Sequence record: PQ631072.1
Length of the DNA: 64,000 nt
Reading direction: 5' to 3' (one strand)
Source of the DNA: Escherichia phage EC.P2
This document shows positions 46,379-56,225 of this stretch, in pieces. The notes under the pieces are model-generated. The model did not search any database, had not been told where the DNA came from, and saw only the letters and a program-made list of their open reading frames with translations. Each line of letters begins with the position of its first letter. Within the stretch, counting starts at the first letter, position 1. The translations under genes and the position numbers were made by a program.

Positions 46379-46849
46379 TTAGTCAGATTCCCAAATGTTG
46401 TCTTTCTTAACCCACATTCGTTGATTATCTGAACCTCTATAACGTTTCGTTGTTGGTTGATTCATATCATACTTACCATCTATCACTATGTCAACCAGTT
46501 TTTTAATTTTCTCTGGAATTTCTTCAAAAAGATATCCTGTATATAAGACAATATCTTTTTTGTTTCCAAAACAATCTCTTACCTTCTCAAGAACATACTC
46601 TACAGTGTCAATGTTCTCTTTGTCAAGAGGTTCACCACCTAAAACTGTTAATCCTTTAATGAAAGGTCGAGATAAATCTTCCAAGATAAGATCTAATGTT
46701 TCAGTAGTGAACTCTTGTCCGTAGTTATACGACCAGGCTTTCTGGTTAAAGCAGCCACGGCAACCGTGGCTACAACCGCTCACCCACAAAGAGCATCTTA
46801 CACCGTCACCGTTGAGCATGTCAACAGGTTCATATCCGGCGTAATTCAA
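46379..46849 (-). CDS. nrdG: anaerobic ribonucleotide reductase activating protein NrdG
   Basis: 156 aa; N-terminus MNYAGYEPVDMLNGDGVRCSLWVSGCSHGCRGCFN closely parallels E. coli NrdG; TTG start overlapping NrdD stop (TTGA) with AGGGAGA RBS. Confidence 0.85.
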   Translation of the reverse strand: MNYAGYEPVDMLNGDGVRCSLWVSGCSHGCRGCFNQKAWSYNYGQEFTTETLDLILEDLSRPFIKGLTVLGGEPLDKENIDTVEYVLEKVRDCFGNKKDIVLYTGYLFEEIPEKIKKLVDIVIDGKYDMNQPTTKRYRGSDNQRMWVKKDNIWESD

Positions 46850-48645
46850 AAATGTTTCTCCCTTTCTAGTACCTCTTGCATTTTACCTTTATTATAAGGG
46901 CGAGAGTTAGGGGCAGAAAGGTATCCTGACACTCTTCTGATCACAGATATGGATTCTTCTTCATGATTACCACAACTTGGACACTCGAAGCCTTTAGCTG
47001 TTGCCTTAAATTCACCATGAAAACCACATTTGAAACACTGATCTACAGGTTGGTTCACGCCAAAATAAGGAATTTTATTGTAGGCATAATCTACAAGAGT
47101 TTCCAGTGCTTGCAAGTTATTTTTAAGGTTTGGTGTTTCTACATAACCTATGTTTCCACCATTACTAATTTGTGCAAAACCTTCCTCATAATCCCATTTT
47201 TGGAACGGGGTAGTGTGCATCCATACAGGTTGATGGAAAGAGTTTGTCAAGTAGTCACGATCAATAGAACCAGGATAGCGATCATTTAATGCTTTGGCAA
47301 ATTTATAGCACAAGGATTCTGCTGGTGTTCCATACAAACTAAAAGCTAAACCAGAACGTTCTTTAAATGTGCAACAGATATCCTTCATATATTGAAGGAT
47401 GTTTTTACCCATTGCTTTTGGATTGGTGTTATTTGGGTATAAAATCTCCATAGCTTCTGCTAAACCTACATAACCGATACTAATAGAGGCATAACCACCT
47501 TCAAATAGTTTACCAATCTCTTCATTAGCTTCTAGTCGAGCTAAAGCCCCTTCCATAAACAATGTAGGGTTTTGAGATGCTTTGGTATGTCTAATACGGT
47601 TAACACGTAGCATATGTGCCTTATACGCCATCTCCATATGTTGTTCCAACAGTTCAGTAAATAAGATGCCCTTTTCACGGGACTCTGCTGCAATGATAGG
47701 TAAGTTTAAAGAAACTACGCCTAAGTTGAAACGACCATCATATTTTTCACCTTGCTCTGTTGCATAGTATGACAAGAAACTACGGCAACCCATGCTTGTG
47801 ACGCGACCATCTGAAGATCCTGTAACTTCTTTGTTTAAAGGTACAGAGATAAAATCAGGATAAATGCGTTCAGCACAACACTCCATTGCCAGTTGCTTCA
47901 AATCATAGTTTGGATCACCAGCTTTCATGTTAACACCATCTTCCAAGAAGAAGATAACTTTAGGAAACACAGGAGTTACCCTATCTTTTCCTAATCCTTG
48001 TTTGTGCACCATTAGGTAGTTTTTAGTGATCATTCTACCAAAAGCAGAGGTATCCAAACCTAAACTAATTGTTATAAAAGGTGACTGACCATTTACACTC
48101 ATTAGGGTGTTCACCTGGTAGATTAAAGTTTGCATTGCATCATAGACCTGTTTATCTACCATACGCATAGCAATATCATAATCGCCAACATCGGCATATA
48201 TTTTATTAAAACTTGCTTTAACGTATTGACTAAGCCCAGTATCAATATGTGCACAAGTTTGTCCACCATATTGGCTAGAAGCTACTGCTTGAATAATTTG
48301 AGTTAGGACAGTAGTTGCTACACCGATAGATTTTGGTTTTTCAATATGTGCATTACCAATACGGAAACCGTTCTCAAGCATATCTTGGTAATTTACCAGG
48401 CAACAATTAGTTAAAGGTGAGAGTAAATAATCTAAATCGTGAATGTGACCATACCCGCTTTTATGCCATTCTGCTAGATCTTCCGGTAAAATATGGGTCA
48501 TTGCCATGTGCTTGCTCAGAATACCTGCTAGTAAGTCTCGGTGAGTATTAACAATCATTGCAGGTTTGTTTGCATTTTCACGAGTAAATTCTTCGGATGT
48601 TTGTTCGAGGAATCCGATTACATCCTCATATAGTTTTTGGGTCAT
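46846..48645 (-). CDS. nrdD: anaerobic ribonucleoside-triphosphate reductase NrdD (no N-terminal ATP-cone)
   Basis: Glycyl-radical motif RVSGYL and C-terminal Zn-ribbon CFKCGFHGEF...CPSCGNH; aligns to E. coli NrdD from about residue 100; start at ATG 48645 (GGAGG RBS) preferred over track ATG 48675. Confidence 0.85.
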   Translation of the reverse strand: MTQKLYEDVIGFLEQTSEEFTRENANKPAMIVNTHRDLLAGILSKHMAMTHILPEDLAEWHKSGYGHIHDLDYLLSPLTNCCLVNYQDMLENGFRIGNAHIEKPKSIGVATTVLTQIIQAVASSQYGGQTCAHIDTGLSQYVKASFNKIYADVGDYDIAMRMVDKQVYDAMQTLIYQVNTLMSVNGQSPFITISLGLDTSAFGRMITKNYLMVHKQGLGKDRVTPVFPKVIFFLEDGVNMKAGDPNYDLKQLAMECCAERIYPDFISVPLNKEVTGSSDGRVTSMGCRSFLSYYATEQGEKYDGRFNLGVVSLNLPIIAAESREKGILFTELLEQHMEMAYKAHMLRVNRIRHTKASQNPTLFMEGALARLEANEEIGKLFEGGYASISIGYVGLAEAMEILYPNNTNPKAMGKNILQYMKDICCTFKERSGLAFSLYGTPAESLCYKFAKALNDRYPGSIDRDYLTNSFHQPVWMHTTPFQKWDYEEGFAQISNGGNIGYVETPNLKNNLQALETLVDYAYNKIPYFGVNQPVDQCFKCGFHGEFKATAKGFECPSCGNHEEESISVIRRVSGYLSAPNSRPYNKGKMQEVLEREKHF

Positions 48646-48664
48646 TAATCCTCCGTGGAAAATA

Positions 48665-48687
48665 AAAGCCAGCATTAAGCTGGCTTT
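48665..48687 (-). terminator. rho-independent terminator upstream of nrdD
   Basis: AAAGCCAGCATTAAGCTGGCTTT; followed on minus strand by TTATTTT. Confidence 0.55.
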
Positions 48688-48734
48688 AGGGTGGATCTTT
48701 ATTTTAAATCTTTTTCGTAAGATTGTCCTTGATC

Positions 48735-49685
48735 TTAGTCAAGGTTTTTGGTAATACGTGTACAACCATCAGAAGTCAAACCGTCAACTTGAGTTTCCCA
48801 AGTACCATGAATATTTCGGAACAATGTTGTTACACCTTTTGGTTCATTAATAATGATTGCCATAACAAGTTTAGGATCGATAACAGACATAATCTTTTCC
48901 TCAATACCCTCTGTAATAACATTATTGCGCACAATATTAATTGCATCTTCTTGTACAGTAAGAACACTTACGTTCTTAAGAGTATATACCTGCTGTGTAG
49001 TGTAAATGATACGAACATAACTTACAGAACGAGTAGGCACAGGTTTACGCGGTCGGCGAAAACGTGGTTTTGGTGAAGATTCAGTTTTACTTTCATCTTT
49101 TGAATAATACTCCTCAAACAGTTTAGTAAATGTTTTTACATCAACTACAAACCGATCTTTCCGATATGGAGAATTCTTATGTGCACCATTAATACCACTG
49201 TTTTCATCGAAGAAAGTAATGTTTTCTTCAGTTGAATACATTAGATAATGATCTGCATTTTTCCAATGTGGTTGTGGACAACGAGGATTACAAACTGAAA
49301 GCAGATAACTAATATCTTCTTCCGTGGCATCAGTATCCAGGAAACACGTATTATGCACAGTCAGTTGTACTTTTTCAGCCATATCTTTTTCTTTATCCTC
49401 ATTAGCAAGATATTCAGTACGAATAATTTCCAGAAAACCTTCAGGTGTTACTTCCATAAATGTATATTCAGGATGAAGTTCCATATATTCAAATCCACAA
49501 CCATCTAACTGCTGTAGAAAGTTAGGGTAGAAGAACAAATCATTAACACTGTGAATCAGATCATTGATTTCTGCTTCAGTTGTGTAGCCAAAACTCTTGT
49601 GAATTGCTTCGTTAAGAATATGCAGGATACCCATCTCTTCTGCTGCTTTTTTAACTTCCAGTTTATTAGCGTAAAATGCAATCAT
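48735..49685 (-). CDS. hypothetical protein
   Basis: 316 aa ORF. Confidence 0.45.
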   Translation of the reverse strand: MIAFYANKLEVKKAAEEMGILHILNEAIHKSFGYTTEAEINDLIHSVNDLFFYPNFLQQLDGCGFEYMELHPEYTFMEVTPEGFLEIIRTEYLANEDKEKDMAEKVQLTVHNTCFLDTDATEEDISYLLSVCNPRCPQPHWKNADHYLMYSTEENITFFDENSGINGAHKNSPYRKDRFVVDVKTFTKLFEEYYSKDESKTESSPKPRFRRPRKPVPTRSVSYVRIIYTTQQVYTLKNVSVLTVQEDAINIVRNNVITEGIEEKIMSVIDPKLVMAIIINEPKGVTTLFRNIHGTWETQVDGLTSDGCTRITKNLD

Positions 49686-49702
49686 TATGTTCTCCTTCTA
49701 AA

Positions 49703-50137
49703 TTAGTTTAAAATTTCTTTTGCAATGGTAGAAGCAAGTTTTCCATCATATTGATTCGGATACTCTGCTTTAAGGTGTTTCATCATATCTGGCATTTTCT
49801 TGCCTGTCAAGGCAAATTCTTCAGCAATAGCGCGAAGATCATCTTCAGATAGCATTTCTGGTAAATATTTTTCCAGAGTGGTGATATCACGCATAGCTCG
49901 CTCACATTTGCTAATGGAGGCATTAACTTTCTTAAGCGAGTCTAGTTCCTCTTTAGCGTGTGCAATACCAATCTTAACAATGTTAATCATAATATCGTCT
50001 TCTGATTTGTTTAGATTTGCCTTTTGAGTACGAGCAAGGTCAAACTCACCAATAATATTAGTTAACAAAGCAAAAGCACCTTTATCGGTTGTGCGTGCTA
50101 AGATACGATCTGCTTTCATTTGTGTCACAATAGACAT
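49703..50137 (-). CDS. GatB/YqeY-domain protein
   Basis: 144 aa; C-terminal GKKMPDMMKHLKAEYPNQYDGKLASTIAKEILN resembles YqeY family. Confidence 0.45.
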   Translation of the reverse strand: MSIVTQMKADRILARTTDKGAFALLTNIIGEFDLARTQKANLNKSEDDIMINIVKIGIAHAKEELDSLKKVNASISKCERAMRDITTLEKYLPEMLSEDDLRAIAEEFALTGKKMPDMMKHLKAEYPNQYDGKLASTIAKEILN

Positions 50138-50149
50138 TCTATTCTCCTC

Positions 50150-50722
50150 TTATTTGCTAATGCTTTGAATGTTATTTACAACACGGTTTATTGCCAGTGA
50201 AGCCCTAGGCTCTGCAATACCTGTTGCATAGATATAAGGATGACCTTTTGGAGACTCCCTCATACCGAATGAACCTAATTCTAAACCATATTCATCCTCT
50301 ACGTCAACCCCAATATTAGTGGGTACTAAATATGTTTTAACTCCATAATAAGTAGAGAAGAAACAACGCATAGCGTTAGCATACTCTTCAATTGTAGCAT
50401 CAGGGTAGAACTCAATCAACTCCAATTTCAAGAAAATATTAAAATGGGTATCATCTAAATTTTCTTCTGTACGGTAACATGGCGTTAGTGCAATATATGG
50501 ATTACCTGCTGCAAATTCAAAACCATCCTTCTCCATTTGCAGGAAAGATTGTTCTGCACTAGCTACATAGTATTTACCGTTAGGATGCCCTAATGGGCGA
50601 TCCTCTTTATTTTCTGGTAGTGTGTACGCCAGTATATCAGCATCCACGAGATATGGAACTTCCAACATTTGTGCAAACCGACCATAGTAATCAATAGCTT
50701 GAGCTATTACTGCAACATTCAT
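50150..50722 (-). CDS. hypothetical protein
   Basis: 190 aa; no confident motif. Confidence 0.4.
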   Translation of the reverse strand: MNVAVIAQAIDYYGRFAQMLEVPYLVDADILAYTLPENKEDRPLGHPNGKYYVASAEQSFLQMEKDGFEFAAGNPYIALTPCYRTEENLDDTHFNIFLKLELIEFYPDATIEEYANAMRCFFSTYYGVKTYLVPTNIGVDVEDEYGLELGSFGMRESPKGHPYIYATGIAEPRASLAINRVVNNIQSISK

Positions 50723-50970
50723 GATCGACCTCCGCTGCGGAATGCACGTTTAGTAATGTTTGACATAGTGATCAAATCTTGAAGCGTCATATCAGGAAAA
50801 TGCTGTTCAAGAACACCTTCAACAGCGCCTACAATATCTGATAACTCAATAAGTTGCATCAGCTTGCAATCTTGAGCAATAGCATCCTGAAGTTCATAAA
50901 GCTCTTCTTGAATCTTAGCAACAGAACCATATTCCTCTTTGCTAATCTCCTTCAAATGATACCCTGCCAC
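50719..50970 (-). CDS. putative MazG-like nucleotide pyrophosphohydrolase
   Basis: 83 aa; paired acidic helix motifs (IQEELYELQDA, LIELSDIVGAVE) resembling the EExxE core. Confidence 0.35.
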   Translation of the reverse strand: MAGYHLKEISKEEYGSVAKIQEELYELQDAIAQDCKLMQLIELSDIVGAVEGVLEQHFPDMTLQDLITMSNITKRAFRSGGRS

Positions 50971-50980
50971 TTTAACCCCC

Positions 50981-53755
50981 TTAGTTTACCAGTTTATTTA
51001 TATCTGGTAAAAGATTTATTTCACCTAAGAAATCACCTTCACCTTCCTCTAGCCAACTCTCATATGCTTGTGCATGATTATAGTTACCATCAAAAGAATC
51101 TGCAACAAATTTTTCTACAGTTTTTCGAGATGTACCAGCACCAAATACACCAAGTTTAATACTATTGATCGGTAAAGTAGGGCTTGTGGGTACTTTCTCT
51201 GTTGCAACACGGTTGATATCTATAATCTCCTGTACGGTTGTGTTCCATTGTAAGCATTTAACACAACGGGTATGCGCTACATACAGTAGGTTTCGCTCTG
51301 CCTCTTCTAGTCCTACCCATTCACCAGTCTTTTTATCATAGTTGGAAGGAAAATCATTAGCAACAATAACCTGATCCCACTCCAAACCTTTAGACTTGTG
51401 TGCTGTAGTCAGTGTGACTTTTGCTGTAGGAGAGTTTCTATGCGTTCTAAGTGTATGTGCTATAGTATTTGCCTTACCAGAAACTACAATGTTTAACAAG
51501 CGTTTAGCATCTGGATCAGCCTCTGCACACTCAACAAATTCATTCCAGTCTGCGTAAGGTAATACAGTTTCATGTTTTACTTTCTCAATATCTCCTCTCC
51601 GAAGAGCATTAACACTATCTACCATAGAGATAAAATCCCTGGTATCTACGTTAATAATAATTTCTTCCCCATCTGCAATACGATCCATTGCCTCCATAAG
51701 CAAGGTTAAATTCTTGCGAAAGATGATAGTGTAAGGTTTTGTATAGTCTACAACATCTGATTTGTAGCTACCTACTACAGTATCAAAGCCTTTACCAACC
51801 AAAGGATGACGCAAAGGTTCTTTATCACTTAAAATCATATTCGCAATGTTTGCCACTTTGGGGCCAAAACGGAAGCAAGCAGTTAATGGAAGCTCTGCCC
51901 CATACTTAGCTGTTTCAATCATCATATTAGAGCTACCTCTAAATTGATAAATGCAGTTGTGGCTAAGAATTTCATTACCAAAGAAGTTAGCAGTATCCTC
52001 TACTTCGATATCATAATAGATACCCTCACTATCTACAATGTCCACAATTTCTTCTGCCGTTACAGTATCACCATCTTTTACCAATACAGACATGCCTTTA
52101 AACAAACCCGCTGCCGGAATTAAATTATATTTGGCGGTGTTCACAGAGGACATGCATTCTTTTAAAGATGCAAACGGAACTATTTCAAGGATCTTTTGTG
52201 CAAAACTCAATGCTTCACGATAAGAGTTGAAATATTTACGTACACGGTAACGACCTTCCAATTTAGCAACACTCACGCTTACACCTGCTTCAATGAGTGA
52301 AGCATAGATTGGCATTTCACTTTCTGTCCACTCAAAGCTAACTTGTGTTCCTTTACAACTTTGTGCTCGCAAAGTCACTGTTAACATTTTTCTTTCATCT
52401 ACTGCACAATTGATGCTGTGCCAGTGTGGATAAGCAAAATGATAATCTTTATCCTCTAAAAGTTTAAAACCATTTTGTCCGAATTGTTCAAAGATGTTGT
52501 TGATTCTTTCTTGATTAATACCGCGTGAACTTGCCTCAAATACACAAGTAGGAATGCCATATTGTAAACTGTATGCCATTTCTTTTTCCATAGCAGCTTC
52601 ACGGTTTTCAACAATATCCAACACCCATAACTTCTGTGCTTTTTCAGAACGTGTACGTTGCCCCAGTTTAGAAAAACCTTCTTTATCATCGAATTTGTTA
52701 GTGATCCCTACTCGGAAGCCTAAATCTTTTCTCCACATTAGGTATACCACCATCTGATCATCTTTCAGAACATAAGGTGAAGCCCAAATACGATGGTTAT
52801 GTGTCATATCTAAAGTCTTACCTTTAGCAGTAATAACATTCCTACCTTTTGTACGTGTAGATAAAGTCTTATTTGTTACTTTTCTAAATGTAACTTTACC
52901 GTTAGAATAAGACTCTACCTTATCACCTATTTGCAGGTCTTTCATTGTAACCTGACCATTTTCGGTATTAAGTACCGTGTTTTCTGACACACATTGGAAT
53001 TCATCACCAACTACCACAATTTGTTTTGCAGATTTAGCATTCCGCAGAATAGACAAGAATGCAGGGTTAACATCCTGGAATTCATCCCCAAAGATAATGT
53101 CATAACCAAGATCAGCACCTGATAACTCAAACAATTTTACATAGGTGTCGTGCGTCATCAAAGTATCTGTGTTAGGGTCAATGCGCTCTCGCCACAATTG
53201 TTTTGCATACTTAACTACTTCTGTAATTAGTTTGTGTTCGTTAATACCTTTTCTTTTAATATCTGCAAGATGTACACCAGGAAAATGTTTACGGCTGATA
53301 AAAGGATCATCCGAAAATTCAAACTTACCTACGGTTTGCTTGATCATTAAACCAATCATAGCACGAGTTAAAAGTGTTTTCCCTCGTTTATCAATAAGAT
53401 TATTAATCTTAAATTTCTTTGCTATCTCACTACCTGTACCTGCAACGTTAACATACTGTCCTTCTGGTCGTGACAGTTTTGCACGTAAACGATGATCCAG
53501 GAATTGATAGCAAATGGAATGCAATGTACGGCATTCTACATTTGGTGGCATCTTACGCCGTGCTTCTTCTGCCATGCTTTTATTGAAAGCTAAGTAAAGA
53601 ATGCGATCTTCTGTACTGTTAGCCAGCAAATAAAGTGTTGACGTTTTTCCTGATCCAGATTTAGCTTGGATAGTTAAAAACCGATGATCTGGAAAAGCCT
53701 CCTTAATAGCTGTTTGCTCTTCTGTTGGAGTAAAACTCAACTCTTTCTTAGCCAT
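50981..53755 (-). CDS. superfamily 1 DNA helicase (UvrD/PcrA-like) interrupted by an intein
   Basis: Walker A TIQAKSGSGKTSTL, motif II DEFQD, motif III split as VVVGDEFQ / CIYQFRGS around a 346-aa insert; ATG at 53755 (MAKKELSF, AGAGAGG RBS) preferred over track TTG 53794. Confidence 0.75.
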   Translation of the reverse strand: MAKKELSFTPTEEQTAIKEAFPDHRFLTIQAKSGSGKTSTLYLLANSTEDRILYLAFNKSMAEEARRKMPPNVECRTLHSICYQFLDHRLRAKLSRPEGQYVNVAGTGSEIAKKFKINNLIDKRGKTLLTRAMIGLMIKQTVGKFEFSDDPFISRKHFPGVHLADIKRKGINEHKLITEVVKYAKQLWRERIDPNTDTLMTHDTYVKLFELSGADLGYDIIFGDEFQDVNPAFLSILRNAKSAKQIVVVGDEFQCVSENTVLNTENGQVTMKDLQIGDKVESYSNGKVTFRKVTNKTLSTRTKGRNVITAKGKTLDMTHNHRIWASPYVLKDDQMVVYLMWRKDLGFRVGITNKFDDKEGFSKLGQRTRSEKAQKLWVLDIVENREAAMEKEMAYSLQYGIPTCVFEASSRGINQERINNIFEQFGQNGFKLLEDKDYHFAYPHWHSINCAVDERKMLTVTLRAQSCKGTQVSFEWTESEMPIYASLIEAGVSVSVAKLEGRYRVRKYFNSYREALSFAQKILEIVPFASLKECMSSVNTAKYNLIPAAGLFKGMSVLVKDGDTVTAEEIVDIVDSEGIYYDIEVEDTANFFGNEILSHNCIYQFRGSSNMMIETAKYGAELPLTACFRFGPKVANIANMILSDKEPLRHPLVGKGFDTVVGSYKSDVVDYTKPYTIIFRKNLTLLMEAMDRIADGEEIIINVDTRDFISMVDSVNALRRGDIEKVKHETVLPYADWNEFVECAEADPDAKRLLNIVVSGKANTIAHTLRTHRNSPTAKVTLTTAHKSKGLEWDQVIVANDFPSNYDKKTGEWVGLEEAERNLLYVAHTRCVKCLQWNTTVQEIIDINRVATEKVPTSPTLPINSIKLGVFGAGTSRKTVEKFVADSFDGNYNHAQAYESWLEEGEGDFLGEINLLPDINKLVN
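51956..52993 (-). mobile_element. intein within helicase motif III
   Basis: Insert begins with Cys (CVSENTVLNTENG...), ends ...GNEILSHN, followed by Cys+1 (CIYQFRGS); 346 aa, large enough to include a homing endonuclease domain (not identified). Confidence 0.7.
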
Positions 53756-53756
53756 T

Positions 53757-54233
53757 TCAACCTCTCTTAATTTGTTTAACAAGCATAGGAACAAAATCTC
53801 GTTTTAAAATTTGTTCAATAATATGATCAGGTAGCTGTTGGAAATTATAATTAAATGCTACTGTCTCACCTTTAGGTGTTTCTACCCGCACATATAGCAT
53901 GTTACGAAGTTTATCCACTTGTGCTGTATATTCTAAACCACGTAATTGATGCATTGCAAACATCAAATCATCAGTTTCAGTTTGGAATCTATCCCTTGTT
54001 TGCATCAAGGATAAGGCAAAAGGTAGATTTTCCCTAAGAGCCACCTTCTTAGGCACTAATGAAGGGAAATACTCCCCAATAACTTCCTGTGTAAGCTGAA
54101 TACACTCTTTTTCAAGCTGGTTTTGTTCCTTGAGTTCACAAACACTTTTTTGTAAAGTGTTAACCTCTTTTTGCAAAGCTGCTAGTTGAGCATTTAACTT
54201 TCTTTTTTGATTACGACCAAAACGTTTAGACAT
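53757..54233 (-). CDS. hypothetical protein (N-terminal coiled coil)
   Basis: 158 aa; stop adjacent to helicase start. Confidence 0.45.
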   Translation of the reverse strand: MSKRFGRNQKRKLNAQLAALQKEVNTLQKSVCELKEQNQLEKECIQLTQEVIGEYFPSLVPKKVALRENLPFALSLMQTRDRFQTETDDLMFAMHQLRGLEYTAQVDKLRNMLYVRVETPKGETVAFNYNFQQLPDHIIEQILKRDFVPMLVKQIKRG

Positions 54234-54242
54234 ATTTTCCCC

Positions 54243-54758
54243 CTAGTAAAACCCCTTAACAATTTGTATTAACTCGGCACAACGGTTGACCAACTTTTCA
54301 TCGTACAATACACGTTGTGGCATATGTTGTATAATATACTCCATTTGCTCATGCCATGTCCACTTTTCTTTTTTGTCTGGGATAACATCACTAGCACGAG
54401 AATTATGTTTTAATGTTTGTATAATCCAATTGCTTGGAAAGTGCTCTCCACCTTTCTTAAATGGTTTATAGTGGCCTAGAGTGAATTGAGAATCCCCTGT
54501 TAGAGCACCCAATTTATTTAGATGGATAATCAAACTACGAAACACGTAGTATTCATAGATGTTATCCACCGTATAGCAAGCATAATATTTCAAGATGCCC
54601 TTATCTCGCGGATACTTACCAACATCCAGATTACACCAGTTGACATTTTCTGGATCATAGTGGTGTTCCTTAAGCCATATTTCTCTTTCATCAAAGTCTG
54701 GGTATATTACCGCCCTGCTTACAGAGTCAACAAGTGGAGATTGAGCATCAAAAAACAT
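54243..54758 (-). CDS. hypothetical protein
   Basis: 171 aa. Confidence 0.45.
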   Translation of the reverse strand: MFFDAQSPLVDSVSRAVIYPDFDEREIWLKEHHYDPENVNWCNLDVGKYPRDKGILKYYACYTVDNIYEYYVFRSLIIHLNKLGALTGDSQFTLGHYKPFKKGGEHFPSNWIIQTLKHNSRASDVIPDKKEKWTWHEQMEYIIQHMPQRVLYDEKLVNRCAELIQIVKGFY

Positions 54759-54779
54759 TATATTTTCCTTATTGGTTTG

Positions 54780-55145
54780 TTAAACGTTTTCTAAATCTTT
54801 TAAGGCATTACCCAACGTTAGAACAATAACATCGTTTGCTGCCTCTTCCCCATTGATATTGGTGAAATTTGGTGTGACAAAAGTAACCATATAAAACTCG
54901 TCCACCTGGAAGACAGCAATAACACCGTCCATCTTAACATCTTGACGAAAGGAAAAACCAATCATCTTCTCTTGCAAAGGCATATCCCCTTCCTTCATTA
55001 CTGCCAGGGAGTTTTCAGGAATGTTATATTTATCTGCTCCGATGTAGATGTACGTAATGTTATCTTTATCGTGATGATACAGGGTTGCTTTTTCCATATC
55101 TAAACCTGACAGATCAAATACGTTAATTTCTTGTGTAGTCTTCAT
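54780..55145 (-). CDS. hypothetical protein
   Basis: Track start TTG 55220; ATG at 55145 with GGGAGGA RBS preferred. Confidence 0.4.
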   Translation of the reverse strand: MKTTQEINVFDLSGLDMEKATLYHHDKDNITYIYIGADKYNIPENSLAVMKEGDMPLQEKMIGFSFRQDVKMDGVIAVFQVDEFYMVTFVTPNFTNINGEEAANDVIVLTLGNALKDLENV

Positions 55146-55509
55146 AAATATCCTCCCAAATCCAATAATCATCTGTGTAAGTAGGATGCCTTTTATCCCA
55201 CTCTGTTCTAGCCCAAGCAACCGCTGCTACCAACACATCACCATGACAAGGTTGAGGTGAGCAGAAGCAAACTAAGTCTTTCCCTTCTAATTCTAACAAA
55301 TCTTCAAGAGTGATTTTACCACAACGAATTTGTTCCCACAACCACTCTTTATATCTTTGTATAGTTGATCCTCGTGGTTCATCATCCTTTAACTTAAAAG
55401 GATTTGCAAACTTTGAGGCTTTTAACCCCATATGAGGCATAGCTCTGCCAATGTACACTGCACCTTCAGGTATTACTTTACCTAAATGGTAGAAATTTAA
55501 TACTTTCAT
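55123..55509 (-). CDS. DUF4326-like protein
   Basis: Motifs VYIGRAMPHMGLKASKFANPF ... LVCFCSPQPCHGDVL; ATG at 55509 preferred over track TTG 55533 (removes overlap). Confidence 0.5.
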   Translation of the reverse strand: MKVLNFYHLGKVIPEGAVYIGRAMPHMGLKASKFANPFKLKDDEPRGSTIQRYKEWLWEQIRCGKITLEDLLELEGKDLVCFCSPQPCHGDVLVAAVAWARTEWDKRHPTYTDDYWIWEDIYEDYTRN

Positions 55510-55510
55510 A

Positions 55511-55861
55511 TTAACCCAAACACATCTGTGCAATCAAGCCCTGTATAAATTTATTAGCTTCTTTACTGTCGTAATCAGTTTCTTCTGGATATCCATCTTC
55601 ATCGTACACAACTGTACCTTCAATATACCCTGCCTCAATTAAGGCACGGATCATATCAAATTGCCAGCATGAGTTACCAAATGGACGTTTACCATTAAAA
55701 CACTCTTCTTCTCTCCATAACGTAGAGAGTAGTTGTCGGAAATATTCCCGTACAGTGACAGTACCAAGATCTGAATCCTCAAACATAACATCCAGGGCAT
55801 CAGGATTGCTTTTCTCTACATAAGGAATATATTTAACACCATTAATAGTTACATCAAGCAT
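55511..55861 (-). CDS. hypothetical protein
   Basis: 116 aa. Confidence 0.45.
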   Translation of the reverse strand: MLDVTINGVKYIPYVEKSNPDALDVMFEDSDLGTVTVREYFRQLLSTLWREEECFNGKRPFGNSCWQFDMIRALIEAGYIEGTVVYDEDGYPEETDYDSKEANKFIQGLIAQMCLG

Positions 55862-56224
55862 TTATTTCTCCTTATCATCATATTCTAGGAACATATCTGC
55901 ACGATATGCTTTACGCTCTTCAAACTTAGCAGGATCTACAACAATAAGCAATACAAGGTTAACATCTAAATACTTCTTAACAAATAGAAATAAATCTTTT
56001 CCACAGTTAAAACCTACACCAGTATAGGCATCCCCATATTGATCTACTGATTTAATCTTCTTACTAACCGTACATTCTATGCTATTCTTTTCTTCTTGGT
56101 ATAAGGCTTTCCCACCCCAATATGTAAAGAATTTAGTACCGTCAGCACCAAGTTTAAAACCTTCTATTGCATGCACAGCAAATGAAAGTAAACATAACCA
56201 AGTGATCATCAGGTACTTTAGCAT
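55862..56224 (-). CDS. secreted / membrane-anchored small protein
   Basis: Track start GTG 56278 overlaps upstream gene by 53 nt; ATG at 56224 gives N-terminal signal-like helix (MLKYLMITWLCLLSFAVHA). Confidence 0.4.
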   Translation of the reverse strand: MLKYLMITWLCLLSFAVHAIEGFKLGADGTKFFTYWGGKALYQEEKNSIECTVSKKIKSVDQYGDAYTGVGFNCGKDLFLFVKKYLDVNLVLLIVVDPAKFEERKAYRADMFLEYDDKEK

Positions 56225-56225
56225 T

